In this document: positions 54,401-64,000 of the stretch, piece after piece
Layout: every line of letters begins with the position of its first letter
Position numbering within the stretch: position 1 is the first letter of the stretch
Source of the DNA: Botryllus schlosseri
Lineage: Eukaryota
DNA length: 64,000 bases
Reading direction: 5' to 3'
Assembly: GCA_051294905.1 (NCBI GenBank)
Contig: CM119371.1
Coordinates: 41,728,001-41,792,000 of the forward strand
Made by a program: the position numbers and the translations under genes
The notes under the pieces: model-generated
Seen by the model: the letters and a program-made list of their open reading frames with translations, nothing else
Told to the model about the DNA's origin: nothing
The model's database searches: none

Positions 54401-57400
54401 TTTCAATAACGACCGCCCGCTTGAACACGTTGAAATAGGGTATCGGATTATTCATTCTGAATATGCTACTTTTTCAGGTGGTATAATAAATGAACTTGAT
54501 TTCAATTAAACTTTTGCGCCTCTTTAAGCGTCGCGTCGACGAAATCCCCCGTCTTTGAGAGTTTAATACGATCGGCTGAAGCTCCAGGACCATTTTCAAT
54601 AACGACCACCCGCTTGAACACGTTGAAATAGGGAGAGTAGGATAATTGATTCTGATCAAGCTAGTTTTTCAGGGGGTCAAATCTGGTCTAGCTTTCACGT
54701 CTCTGAGAGTTTGATACGATCGGTTGAAGCTCCAGGACCATTTTCAATAACGACCGCCCGCTTGAACACGTTGAATTAGGGAGAGTAGGATAATTGATTC
54801 TGATCAAGCTAGTTTTTCAGGGGGTCAAATCTGGTCTAGCTTTCAATTGGACTTTTGCGCCTCTTTAAGCGTCGCGTCGAAGAAATTTCACGTCTCTGAG
54901 AGTTTGATACGATCGGCTGAAGCTCCAGGACCATTTTCAATAACGACCGCCCGCTTGAACACGTTGAATTAGGGAGAGTAGGATAATTGATTCTGATCAA
55001 GCTAGTTTTTCAGGGGGTCAAATCTGGTCTAGCTTTCACGTCTCTGAGAGTTTGATACGATCGGTTGAAGCTCCAGGACCATTTTCAATAACGACCGCCC
55101 GCTTGAACACGTTGAATTAGGGAGAGTAGGATAATTGATTCTGATCAAGCTAGTTTTTCAGGGGGTCAAATCTGGTCTAGCTTTCACGTCTCTGAGAGTT
55201 TGATACGATCGGTTGAAGCTCCAGGACCATTTTCAATAACGACCGCCCGCTTGAACACGTTGAAATAGGGTATCGGATTATTCATTCTGAATATGCTACT
55301 TTTTCAGGTGGTATAATAAATGAACTTGATTTCAATTAAACTTTTGCGCCTCTTTAAGCGTCGCGTCGACGAAATCCCCCGTCTTTGAGAGTTTAATACG
55401 ATCGGCTTTAGCTCCAGGACCATTTTCAATAACGACCGCCCGCTTGAACACGTTGAAATAGGGTATCGGATTATTCATTCTGAATATGCTACTTTTTTAG
55501 GGGGTATAATAAATGAACTTGATTTCAATTAAACTTTTGCGCCTCTTTAAGCGTCGCGTCGACGAAATCCCCCGTCTTTGAGAGTTTAATACGATCGGCT
55601 GAAGCTCCAGGACCATTTTCAATAACGACCGCCCGCTTGAACACGTTGAAATAGGGTATCGGATTATTCATTCTGAATATGCTACTTTTTTAGGTGGTAT
55701 AATAAATGAACTTGATTTCAATTAAACTTTTGCGCCTCTTTAAGCGTCGCGTCGACGAAATCCCCCGTCTTTGAGAGTTTAATACGATCGGCTTTAGCTC
55801 CAGGACCATTTTCAATAACGACCGCCCGCTTGAACACGTTGAAATAGGGTATCGGATTATTCATTCTGAATATGCTACTTTTTTAGGGGGTATAATAAAT
55901 GAACTTGATTTCAATTAAACTTTTGCGCCTCTTTAAGCGTCGCGTCGACGAAATCCCCCGTCTTTGAGAGTTTAATACGATCGGCTGAAGCTCCAGGACC
56001 ATTTTCAATAACGACCGCCCGCTTGAACACGTTGAAATAGGGTATCGGATTATTCATTCTGAATATGCTACTTTTTTAGGGGGTATAATAAATGAACTTG
56101 ATTTCAATTAAACTTTTGCGCCTCTTTAAGCGTCGCGTCGACGAAATCCCCCGTCTTTGAGAGTTTAATACGATCGGCTGAAGCTCCAGGACCATTTTCA
56201 ATAACGACCACCCGCTTGAACACGTTGAAATAGGGAGAGTAGGATAATTGATTCTGATCAAGCTAGTTTTTCAGGGGGTCAAATCTGGTCTAGCTTTCAC
56301 GTCTCTGAGAGTTTGATACGATCGGTTGAAGCTCCAGGACCATTTTCAATAACGACCGCCCGCTTGAACACGTTGAATTAGGGAGAGTAGGATAATTGAT
56401 TCTGATCAAGCTAGTTTTTCAGGGGGTCAAATCTGGTCTAGCTTTCACGTCTCTGAGAGTTTGATACGATCGGTTGAAGCTCCAGGACCATTTTCAATAA
56501 CGACCGCCCGCTTGAACACGTTGAAATAGGGTATCGGATTATTCATTCTGAATATGCTACTTTTTTAGGTGGTATAATAAATGAACTTGATTTCAATTAA
56601 ACTTTTGCGCCTCTTTAAGCGTCGCGTCGACGAAATCCCCCGTCTTTGAGAGTTTAATACGATCGGCTTTAGCTCCAGGACCATTTTCAATAACGACCGC
56701 CCGCTTGAACACGTTGAAATAGGGTATCGGATTATTCATTCTGAATATGCTACTTTTTTAGGGGGTATAATAAATGAACTTGATTTCAATTAAACTTTTG
56801 CGCCTCTTTAAGCGTCGCGTCGACGAAATCCCCCGTCTTTGAGAGTTTAATACGATCGGCTGAAGCTCCAGGACCATTTTCAATAACGACCGCCCGCTTG
56901 AACACGTTGAAATAGGGTATCGGATTATTCATTCTGAATATGCTACTTTTTTAGGTGGTATAATAAATGAACTTGATTTCAATTAAACTTTTGCGCCTCT
57001 TTAAGCGTCGCGTCGACGAAATCCCCCGTCTTTGAGAGTTTAATACGATCGGCTTTAGCTCCAGGACCATTTTCAATAACGACCGCCCGCTTGAACACGT
57101 TGAAATAGGGTATCGGATTATTCATTCTGAATATGCTACTTTTTTAGGGGGTATAATAAATGAACTTGATTTCAATTAAACTTTTGCGCCTCTTTAAGCG
57201 TCGCGTCGACGAAATCCCCCGTCTTTGAGAGTTTATAACGATCGGCTGAAGCTCCAGGACCATTTTCAATAACGACCGCCCGCTTGAACACGTTGAATTA
57301 GGGAGAGTAGGATAATTGATTCTGATCAAGCTAGTTTTTCAGGGGGTCAAATCTGGTCTAGCTTTCACGTCTCTGAGAGTTTGATACGATCGGTTGAAGC

Positions 57401-57588
57401 TCCAGGACCATTTTCAATAACGACCGCCCGCTTGAACACGTTGAAATAGGGTATCGGATTATTCATTCTGAATATGCTACTTTTTCAGGTGGTATAATAA
57501 ATGAACTTGATTTCAATTAAACTTTTGCGCCTCTTTAAGCGTCGCGTCGACGAAATCCCCCGTCTTTGAGAGTTTAATACGATCGGCT
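51469..57588. repeat. 3011-bp tandem duplication (17 monomers: 11x193 + 6x148)
   Basis: Markers 51463/54474, 53065/56076 and 54133/57144 are offset by 3011. Flanking mismatches are at 51468/54479 and 54578/57589. Confidence 0.88.
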
Positions 57589-60500
57589 TTAGCTCCAGGA
57601 CCATTTTCAATAACGACCGCCCGCTTGAACACGTTGAAATAGGGTATCGGATTATTCATTCTGAATATGCTACTTTTTTAGGGGGTATAATAAATGAACT
57701 TGATTTCAATTAAACTTTTGCGCCTCTTTAAGCGTCGCGTCGACGAAATCCCCCGTCTTTGAGAGTTTATAACGATCGGCTGAAGCTCCAGGACCATTTT
57801 CAATAACGACCGCCCGCTTGAACACGTTGAATTAGGGAGAGTAGGATAATTGATTCTGATCAAGCTAGTTTTTCAGGGGGTCAAATCTGGTCTAGCTTTC
57901 ACGTCTCTGAGAGTTTGATACGATCGGTTGAAGCTCCAGGACCATTTTCAATAACGACCGCCCGCTTGAACACGTTGAATTAGGGAGAGTAGGATAATTG
58001 ATTCTGATCAAGCTAGTTTTTCAGGGGGTCAAATCTGGTCTAGCTTTCACGTCTCTGAGAGTTTGATACGATCGGTTGAAGCTCCAGGACCATTTTCAAT
58101 AACGACCGCCCGCTTGAACACGTTGAAATAGGGTATCGGATTATTCATTCTGAATATGCTACTTTTTCAGGTGGTATAATAAATGAACTTGATTTCAATT
58201 AAACTTTTGCGCCTCTTTAAGCGTCGCGTCGACGAAATCCCCCGTCTTTGAGAGTTTAATACGATCGGCTTTAGCTCCAGGACCATTTTCAATAACGACC
58301 GCCCGCTTGAACACGTTGAAATAGGGTATCGGATTATTCATTCTGAATATGCTACTTTTTTAGGGGGTATAATAAATGAACTTGATTTCAATTAAACTTT
58401 TGCGCCTCTTTAAGCGTCGCGTCGACGAAATCCCCCGTCTTTGAGAGTTTAATACGATCGGCTGAAGCTCCAGGACCATTTTCAATAACGACCGCCCGCT
58501 TGAACACGTTGAAATAGGGTATCGGATTATTCATTCTGAATATGCTACTTTTTTAGGTGGTATAATAAATGAACTTGATTTCAATTAAACTTTTGCGCCT
58601 CTTTAAGCGTCGCGTCGACGAAATCCCCCGTCTTTGAGAGTTTAATACGATCGGCTTTAGCTCCAGGACCATTTTCAATAACGACCGCCCGCTTGAACAC
58701 GTTGAAATAGGGTATCGGATTATTCATTCTGAATATGCTACTTTTTTAGGGGGTATAATAAATGAACTTGATTTCAATTAAACTTTTGCGCCTCTTTAAG
58801 CGTCGCGTCGACGAAATCCCCCGTCTTTGAGAGTTTAATACGATCGGCTGAAGCTCCAGGACCATTTTCAATAACGACCACCCGCTTGAACACGTTGAAA
58901 TAGGGAGAGTAGGATAATTGATTCTGATCAAGCTAGTTTTTCAGGGGGTCAAATCTGGTCTAGCTTTCACGTCTCTGAGAGTTTGATACGATCGGTTGAA
59001 GCTCCAGGACCATTTTCAATAACGACCGCCCGCTTGAACACGTTGAATTAGGGAGAGTAGGATAATTGATTCTGATCAAGCTAGTTTTTCAGGGGGTCAA
59101 ATCTGGTCTAGCTTTCACGTCTCTGAGAGTTTGATACGATCGGTTGAAGCTCCAGGACCATTTTCAATAACGACCGCCCGCTTGAACACGTTGAAATAGG
59201 GTATCGGATTATTCATTCTGAATATGCTACTTTTTTAGGGGGTATAATAAATGAACTTGATTTCAATTAAACTTTTGCGCCTCTTTAAGCGTCGCGTCGA
59301 CGAAATCCCCCGTCTTTGAGAGTTTAATACGATCGGCTTTAGCTCCAGGACCATTTTCAATAACGACCGCCCGCTTGAACACGTTGAAATAGGGTATCGG
59401 ATTATTCATTCTGAATATGCTACTTTTTTAGGGGGTATAATAAATGAACTTGATTTCAATTAAACTTTTGCGCCTCTTTAAGCGTCGCGTCGACGAAATC
59501 CCCCGTCTTTGAGAGTTTAATACGATCGGCTGAAGCTCCAGGACCATTTTCAATAACGACCGCCCGCTTGAACACGTTGAAATAGGGTATCGGATTATTC
59601 ATTCTGAATATGCTACTTTTTTAGGTGGTATAATAAATGAACTTGATTTCAATTAAACTTTTGCGCCTCTTTAAGCGTCGCGTCGACGAAATCCCCCGTC
59701 TTTGAGAGTTTAATACGATCGGCTTTAGCTCCAGGACCATTTTCAATAACGACCGCCCGCTTGAACACGTTGAAATAGGGTATCGGATTATTCATTCTGA
59801 ATATGCTACTTTTTTAGGGGGTATAATAAATGAACTTGATTTCAATTAAACTTTTGCGCCTCTTTAAGCGTCGCGTCGACGAAATCCCCCGTCTTTGAGA
59901 GTTTATAACGATCGGCTGAAGCTCCAGGACCATTTTCAATAACGACCGCCCGCTTGAACACGTTGAATTAGGGAGAGTAGGATAATTGATTCTGATCAAG
60001 CTAGTTTTTCAGGGGGTCAAATCTGGTCTAGCTTTCAATTGGACTTTTGCGCCTCTTTAAGCGTCGCGTCGAAGAAATTTCACGTCTCTGAGAGTTTGAT
60101 ACGATCGGCTGAAGCTCCAGGACCATTTTCAATAACGACCGCCCGCTTGAACACGTTGAATTAGGGAGAGTAGGATAATTGATTCTGATCAAGCTAGTTT
60201 TTCAGGGGGTCAAATCTGGTCTAGCTTTCAATTGGACTTTTGCGCCTCTTTAAGCGTCGCGTCGAAGAAATTTCACGTCTCTGAGAGTTTGATACGATCG
60301 GCTGAAGCTCCAGGACCATTTTCAATAACGACCGCCCGCTTGAACACGTTGAATTAGGGAGAGTAGGATAATTGATTCTGATCAAGCTAGTTTTTCAGGG
60401 GGTCAAATCTGGTCTAGCTTTCACGTCTCTGAGAGTTTGATACGATCGGTTGAAGCTCCAGGACCATTTTCAATAACGACCGCCCGCTTGAACACGTTGA

Positions 60501-61134
60501 AATAGGGTATCGGATTATTCATTCTGAATATGCTACTTTTTTAGGTGGTATAATAAATGAACTTGATTTCAATTAAACTTTTGCGCCTCTTTAAGCGTCG
60601 CGTCGACGAAATCCCCCGTCTTTGAGAGTTTAATACGATCGGCTTTAGCTCCAGGACCATTTTCAATAACGACCGCCCGCTTGAACACGTTGAAATAGGG
60701 TATCGGATTATTCATTCTGAATATGCTACTTTTTTAGGGGGTATAATAAATGAACTTGATTTCAATTAAACTTTTGCGCCTCTTTAAGCGTCGCGTCGAC
60801 GAAATCCCCCGTCTTTGAGAGTTTAATACGATCGGCTGAAGCTCCAGGACCATTTTCAATAACGACCGCCCGCTTGAACACGTTGAAATAGGGTATCGGA
60901 TTATTCATTCTGAATATGCTACTTTTTTAGGTGGTATAATAAATGAACTTGATTTCAATTAAACTTTTGCGCCTCTTTAAGCGTCGCGTCGACGAAATCC
61001 CCCGTCTTTGAGAGTTTAATACGATCGGCTTTAGCTCCAGGACCATTTTCAATAACGACCGCCCGCTTGAACACGTTGAAATAGGGTATCGGATTATTCA
61101 TTCTGAATATGCTACTTTTTTAGGGGGTATAATA

Positions 61135-61159
61135 GAGAGAGAGAGAGAGAGTCTTTATT
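61135..61159 (-). repeat. LINE 3' terminus: AATAAA followed by GAC and a (TC)8 microsatellite tail
   Basis: The plus strand has (GA)8 at 61135-61150, GTC at 61151-61153 and TTTATT at 61154-61159. CR1/L2-group LINEs typically end in short tandem repeats instead of poly(A). Confidence 0.85.
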
Positions 61160-61242
61160 TTCATCGAACCAAAATACATAACAAACGGCAGTGAATGTGG
61201 TACAGAAAATATGCGTGCACAGTATTCGGTATTAGATAGGAA

Positions 61243-61279
61243 TGATCGATAAGACCGTGTAGGTCATCTAGTCTGATCA
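61243..61279 (-). promoter_or_regulatory. Predicted 3'-UTR RNA stem-loop of the LINE (candidate cis element for RT recognition)
   Basis: The minus strand reads TGATC-AGACTA-GAT-GACC-TACAC-GGTC-TT-ATC-GATCA, giving nested pairings GACC/GGTC, GAT/ATC and TGATC/GATCA. GACTAGATGACC...GGTC resembles the 3' hairpin I recall from vertebrate CR1 elements. Confidence 0.7.
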
Positions 61280-61416
61280 CACCAGCATCAAACAGGTACA
61301 CTTGACTCAGAACAGTCTGGCTGTAAAAAAATGTTTAGTTAGGAAAGTAGAAAAAAATTAAACAATGGTAGCAAATTATCAATGAAGCAATGTCTGGGCG
61401 AGGTAGGGCAACAGTG

Positions 61417-64000
61417 TTAGTGTAACGACAAGAGGTGATCAAGTAGGGCTTTTTTGAATCTATTATAAGGCAATTCACGGATATGTGATGGTAATGCATT
61501 CCAGATGATAGGTCCTGAGTAGTCGATAGATCTCTTAGTTAGGTTGCTATTGGGTTGGGGTAAGTAGACGTTTCCTTTAGACGAAGATCTCGTGTAATGG
61601 GAATGGACATGTTTAGCAGGTATGAAAAAGTCATCAAACACAGGAGGGAGACTATTGGAAAAATATTTGTGAACAACTTTTGATACTTCGAAGCGATACA
61701 GTTCATCAACTCGCAAAATTCGATGCTTACGGTAGTAAGGCGATAAATTGGTACGTAAAGGTACAGATGAGATCAGCCGTATCGCACGGTTTTGCAGGGT
61801 TCGAATTCTGCACAAAAATGTTGTACATGCATTTCCCCATACTACGATTCCATATTGCAGATGCGAGTGGAAAAGAGAGAAGTAGATGGTTCGTAGTACT
61901 GATCTGGAAACCAAAGATTGGAGACGGGTCATTATTCCCACACACCGAGCTAGTTTTGATATTGTGCATTCAATATGCTGCTTCCAAGACAATTTGGAAT
62001 CAATGGTGACGCCGAGATATTTTGCTGAGTCACATATTGAGATTTGTTTATGATTGATGTTCACAGTGAAATTATGACTGGCATTATTTAAAACGAGCAT
62101 CTCGGTCTTATCTGCATTCAAACTCAGTTTGTTTGCTTGCAGCCATCTCGACACTTTCGGGAGTTCCCTATTCACAGATGCATGCAAATCATCGACAGTG
62201 TTGGAGGTTATGAAGAGGTGAGTATCATCAGCAAATAGCGTTGTGCGGAATAAAGATGCATTAACAATGTCGTTAATATAAATGAGGAAAAAAGTCGGTC
62301 CAAGGACTGAGCCTTGTGGCACTCCACAAGTTATATCTCTGGTAGTCGTTCTTAATGTCCCCAGTTTAACATATTGTTTGCGGTTTGCCAGGTAGCTTTC
62401 AAGTAGAGTTGCTGCAATACCCCTGATTCCATAGTGTTCTAGCTTGTATCTTAAGATTCTGTGGTTAACTGTGTCGAAAGCTTTGCGGAGATCGATAAAA
62501 ATGCTGCAGCCACTTTCTTTTTGCTTGATGGTTTTGTAATAGTCCGTTACAATTGATAGTATTGCATGGTTGGTGTTGTGGTTGGATCTGAATCCATGCT
62601 GGGTCGGAGACAGTACTGCATTCAATTCAAAAAAGTTCTTAAGTCGGCAGTCAATCAGTTTCTCAAAAACCGTGGCAAGATTTGGCAAAACAGATATTGG
62701 TCGGTAGTTAGAAATTAGCTTTTTACAGCCTTTCTTAAACACTGGCATTACTCTGGCAGTTTTCAGTGCATCTGGGAAAATGCCTAGACGTATCGACTCA
62801 TTAAAGAAAATGCATATAACATCACCAATAATATTAAAGATTAGCTTCAGGAAGTGAGTTGGGATGAGATCGGGTCCTACTGCTTTGTTACTTTTCATTT
62901 CAGATAATACGATCGCAACTTCTCCTTCACTTGTCGGCTCAAGAAAAATGGATTTCTGAGGGCCAGGACTCAAGTACGAGAGAAAGTCATCAGAGGAGTT
63001 TGGTATTGAAGCTGCAAGATCCGGACCAATGTTGCAAAAATACTGATTGAACTTTTCTGCTACTGCAAGCTGGTCTTTGATGATGCTGCCATTCTCGAGT
63101 AGCTCGATGTCATCAGTACTCTTGGGAGCATTACCTTTAGTTAGGTTGATAATTTCTCCAATGGTTTTCCATGTGTTCTTGGGATCTTTGGAGCACTCTT
63201 CGAATCTTTTTTGGAAGTATGCTTTTTTGGCATTTTCTTTCATATGCGTCACTTGGTTTGCATATTTTTTGTACACTTTTTTGCCTTCGATGGTGCCTTG
63301 CAGATAGTAGTGCTTATGCATCCAATCCCTCGTTTTGATCGCAACAAGTATGTCATGACCAATCCAGGGTTTCGATTTCAAGCGCCTTGCATTGCGGTTG
63401 ACTTTCCTAATTGGGAAAGATGTGTCGAGGGCTGCCCGCAGTTCCTCAATAAATTTTTCAAAATGGCAGTTGTAGTTGTCAGTTGTGAGTGGAGGAATTT
63501 TGTAGTTGTTGAAGGTATTGCTGACAATTTCAATATACTCCTCTATACCGCGTGGGTTTAAGGGCGTTCGAGATTCAAATTCTTTAGCACAATGTGGCAG
63601 GGCCAATTTCATGTGGCAGATGATGGGATAGTGATCAGTCATACTGTGTTGGAGCACAAAAGGGGACAGGTGATATTGATGAGTGTTGCAGTAGAAGTGA
63701 TCTAGTAGAGTTTTGGATTGATCAGCTATTCTTGTGGGTTCAGTAATTATCTGAGCTATTCCATAAGAATCAAGCATTTCACGGTACCTTGTGTTAAAGT
63801 TGGTGGTCTTCAGCAAATCAATATTTATGTCTCCCATAATAAATATTTGTTCGTTAGCTGCCGTTAGCGTTTCCAGAATATTTGAGAATTCGTCAAGAAA
63901 AGTCTCTTGCTTTGTTCCTGGGTGTTTGTAGATGACTGCCACTGTGAGAGCTTTTTGTACATGTACTCTGACAAATATATATTCTACGCCTTCGGTTTCA
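61417..64000 (-). CDS. LINE ORF2-type polyprotein (apurinic-like endonuclease + reverse transcriptase), 5'-partial, at least 860 aa
   Basis: APE motifs: VIYKHP, GDINID (63817-63834), TLLDHF, TDHYPI (DH at 63631-63636). RT motifs: KAVGPD, NYRPISVL, QHGFR, FIDLRKAFDTV, GVPQGSVLGP, FADD (62224-62235), KYLGV. Stop TAA at 61417-61419. The listed start at 63942 is an internal GTG; the frame stays open to the window edge (ETEGVEYIFVRVHVQKALTV). Confidence 0.96.
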   Translation of the reverse strand, partial: ETEGVEYIFVRVHVQKALTVAVIYKHPGTKQETFLDEFSNILETLTAANEQIFIMGDINIDLLKTTNFNTRYREMLDSYGIAQIITEPTRIADQSKTLLDHFYCNTHQYHLSPFVLQHSMTDHYPIICHMKLALPHCAKEFESRTPLNPRGIEEYIEIVSNTFNNYKIPPLTTDNYNCHFEKFIEELRAALDTSFPIRKVNRNARRLKSKPWIGHDILVAIKTRDWMHKHYYLQGTIEGKKVYKKYANQVTHMKENAKKAYFQKRFEECSKDPKNTWKTIGEIINLTKGNAPKSTDDIELLENGSIIKDQLAVAEKFNQYFCNIGPDLAASIPNSSDDFLSYLSPGPQKSIFLEPTSEGEVAIVLSEMKSNKAVGPDLIPTHFLKLIFNIIGDVICIFFNESIRLGIFPDALKTARVMPVFKKGCKKLISNYRPISVLPNLATVFEKLIDCRLKNFFELNAVLSPTQHGFRSNHNTNHAILSIVTDYYKTIKQKESGCSIFIDLRKAFDTVNHRILRYKLEHYGIRGIAATLLESYLANRKQYVKLGTLRTTTRDITCGVPQGSVLGPTFFLIYINDIVNASLFRTTLFADDTHLFITSNTVDDLHASVNRELPKVSRWLQANKLSLNADKTEMLVLNNASHNFTVNINHKQISICDSAKYLGVTIDSKLSWKQHIECTISKLARCVGIMTRLQSLVSRSVLRTIYFSLFHSHLQYGIVVWGNACTTFLCRIRTLQNRAIRLISSVPLRTNLSPYYRKHRILRVDELYRFEVSKVVHKYFSNSLPPVFDDFFIPAKHVHSHYTRSSSKGNVYLPQPNSNLTKRSIDYSGPIIWNALPSHIRELPYNRFKKALLDHLLSLH

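Larger units (their letters stand above)
1..61134. repeat. Tandem satellite DNA array, about 338 monomers of 193 bp (types A and B) and 148 bp (type C), one orientation, truncated by the window on the left
   Basis: Periods read directly: A 490->683 (193 bp), B 1558->1751 (193 bp), C 1->149 (148 bp). Every spacing between the 54 repeated ORF markers (341, 534, 727, 875, 920, 1068, 1261, 1499, 1602, 1647) equals a*193+b*148. The monomer count comes from summing these decompositions. Confidence 0.99.
61135..64000 (-). mobile_element. Non-LTR retrotransposon (LINE), CR1 group (most like Crack/L2-type), 3' ~2.9 kb; the 5' part lies beyond the window
   Basis: APE + RT ORF, ~280-nt 3' UTR with stem-loop, AATAAA and (TC)8 tail abutting the satellite. 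No LTR, RNase H, integrase or C-terminal CCHC finger is seen. The clade call is from recalled motifs, not a phylogeny. Confidence 0.95.

Noticed and set aside
991..59999. 54 copies of a 61-aa minus-strand ORF (MIRINYPTLP...RRLKRRKS...) as a tandem gene family
   Set aside because: The start is TTG, not ATG. The ORF exists only where an A monomer abuts a B/C monomer and has no recognisable domain. It is a by-product of the satellite, used here only as a positional marker.
1..61134. CRISPR array (constant 48-bp core with variable intervening sequence)
   Set aside because: The intervening segments are not unique spacers but three homologous variants of 100-145 bp. There are no cas genes and the context is eukaryotic.
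61135..61151. (GA)8 as an independent microsatellite or telomere-like boundary
   Set aside because: It lies 3 nt downstream of the element's AATAAA and exactly at the junction, so it is better explained as the LINE tail.
61680..63561. Short ORFs 61680-62009 (+), 61727-61969 (-), 63047-63307 (+) and 63211-63561 (+)
   Set aside because: All lie inside the RT ORF in antisense or alternative frames and show no motifs; they are shadow ORFs.
63940..63942. Start codon of the 841-aa ORF
   Set aside because: It is an internal GTG (Val) in the middle of the APE domain. The frame is open to position 64000, so the true start is outside the window.
61417..64000. Bacterial RT system (retron, group II intron, DGR), LTR element or telomerase
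   Set aside because: The N-terminal APE domain, LINE-type RT motifs, 3' UTR and microsatellite tail identify a non-LTR retrotransposon.

Overview
Eukaryotic-type satellite DNA with a retrotransposon at the right end. Positions 1-61134 are one head-to-tail, single-orientation satellite array of about 338 monomers. It uses three related monomer classes: A (193 bp), B (193 bp, diverged in the middle) and C (148 bp, which is B minus a 45-bp deletion between two TTTCA copies). The monomers form nested higher-order repeats: a 386-bp A dimer, 5385-bp and 3011-bp local duplications, a ~6.35-6.5-kb unit, and an apparently exact 19,198-bp tandem duplication. At 61135 the array is interrupted mid-monomer, with no decay, by the 3' end of a minus-strand non-LTR retrotransposon of the CR1 group (Crack/L2-like). 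The element has a (TC)8 tail, AATAAA, a CR1-type GACTAGATGACC...GGTC stem-loop and an uninterrupted APE-endonuclease/reverse-transcriptase ORF that runs off the window. The best candidate for an undescribed system is a centromere-like, nucleosome-sized two-length (193/148 bp) satellite invaded by a young, possibly satellite-targeting LINE. Centromere function, targeting and host taxon cannot be established from this window. The 54 short 61-aa ORFs are satellite artefacts.
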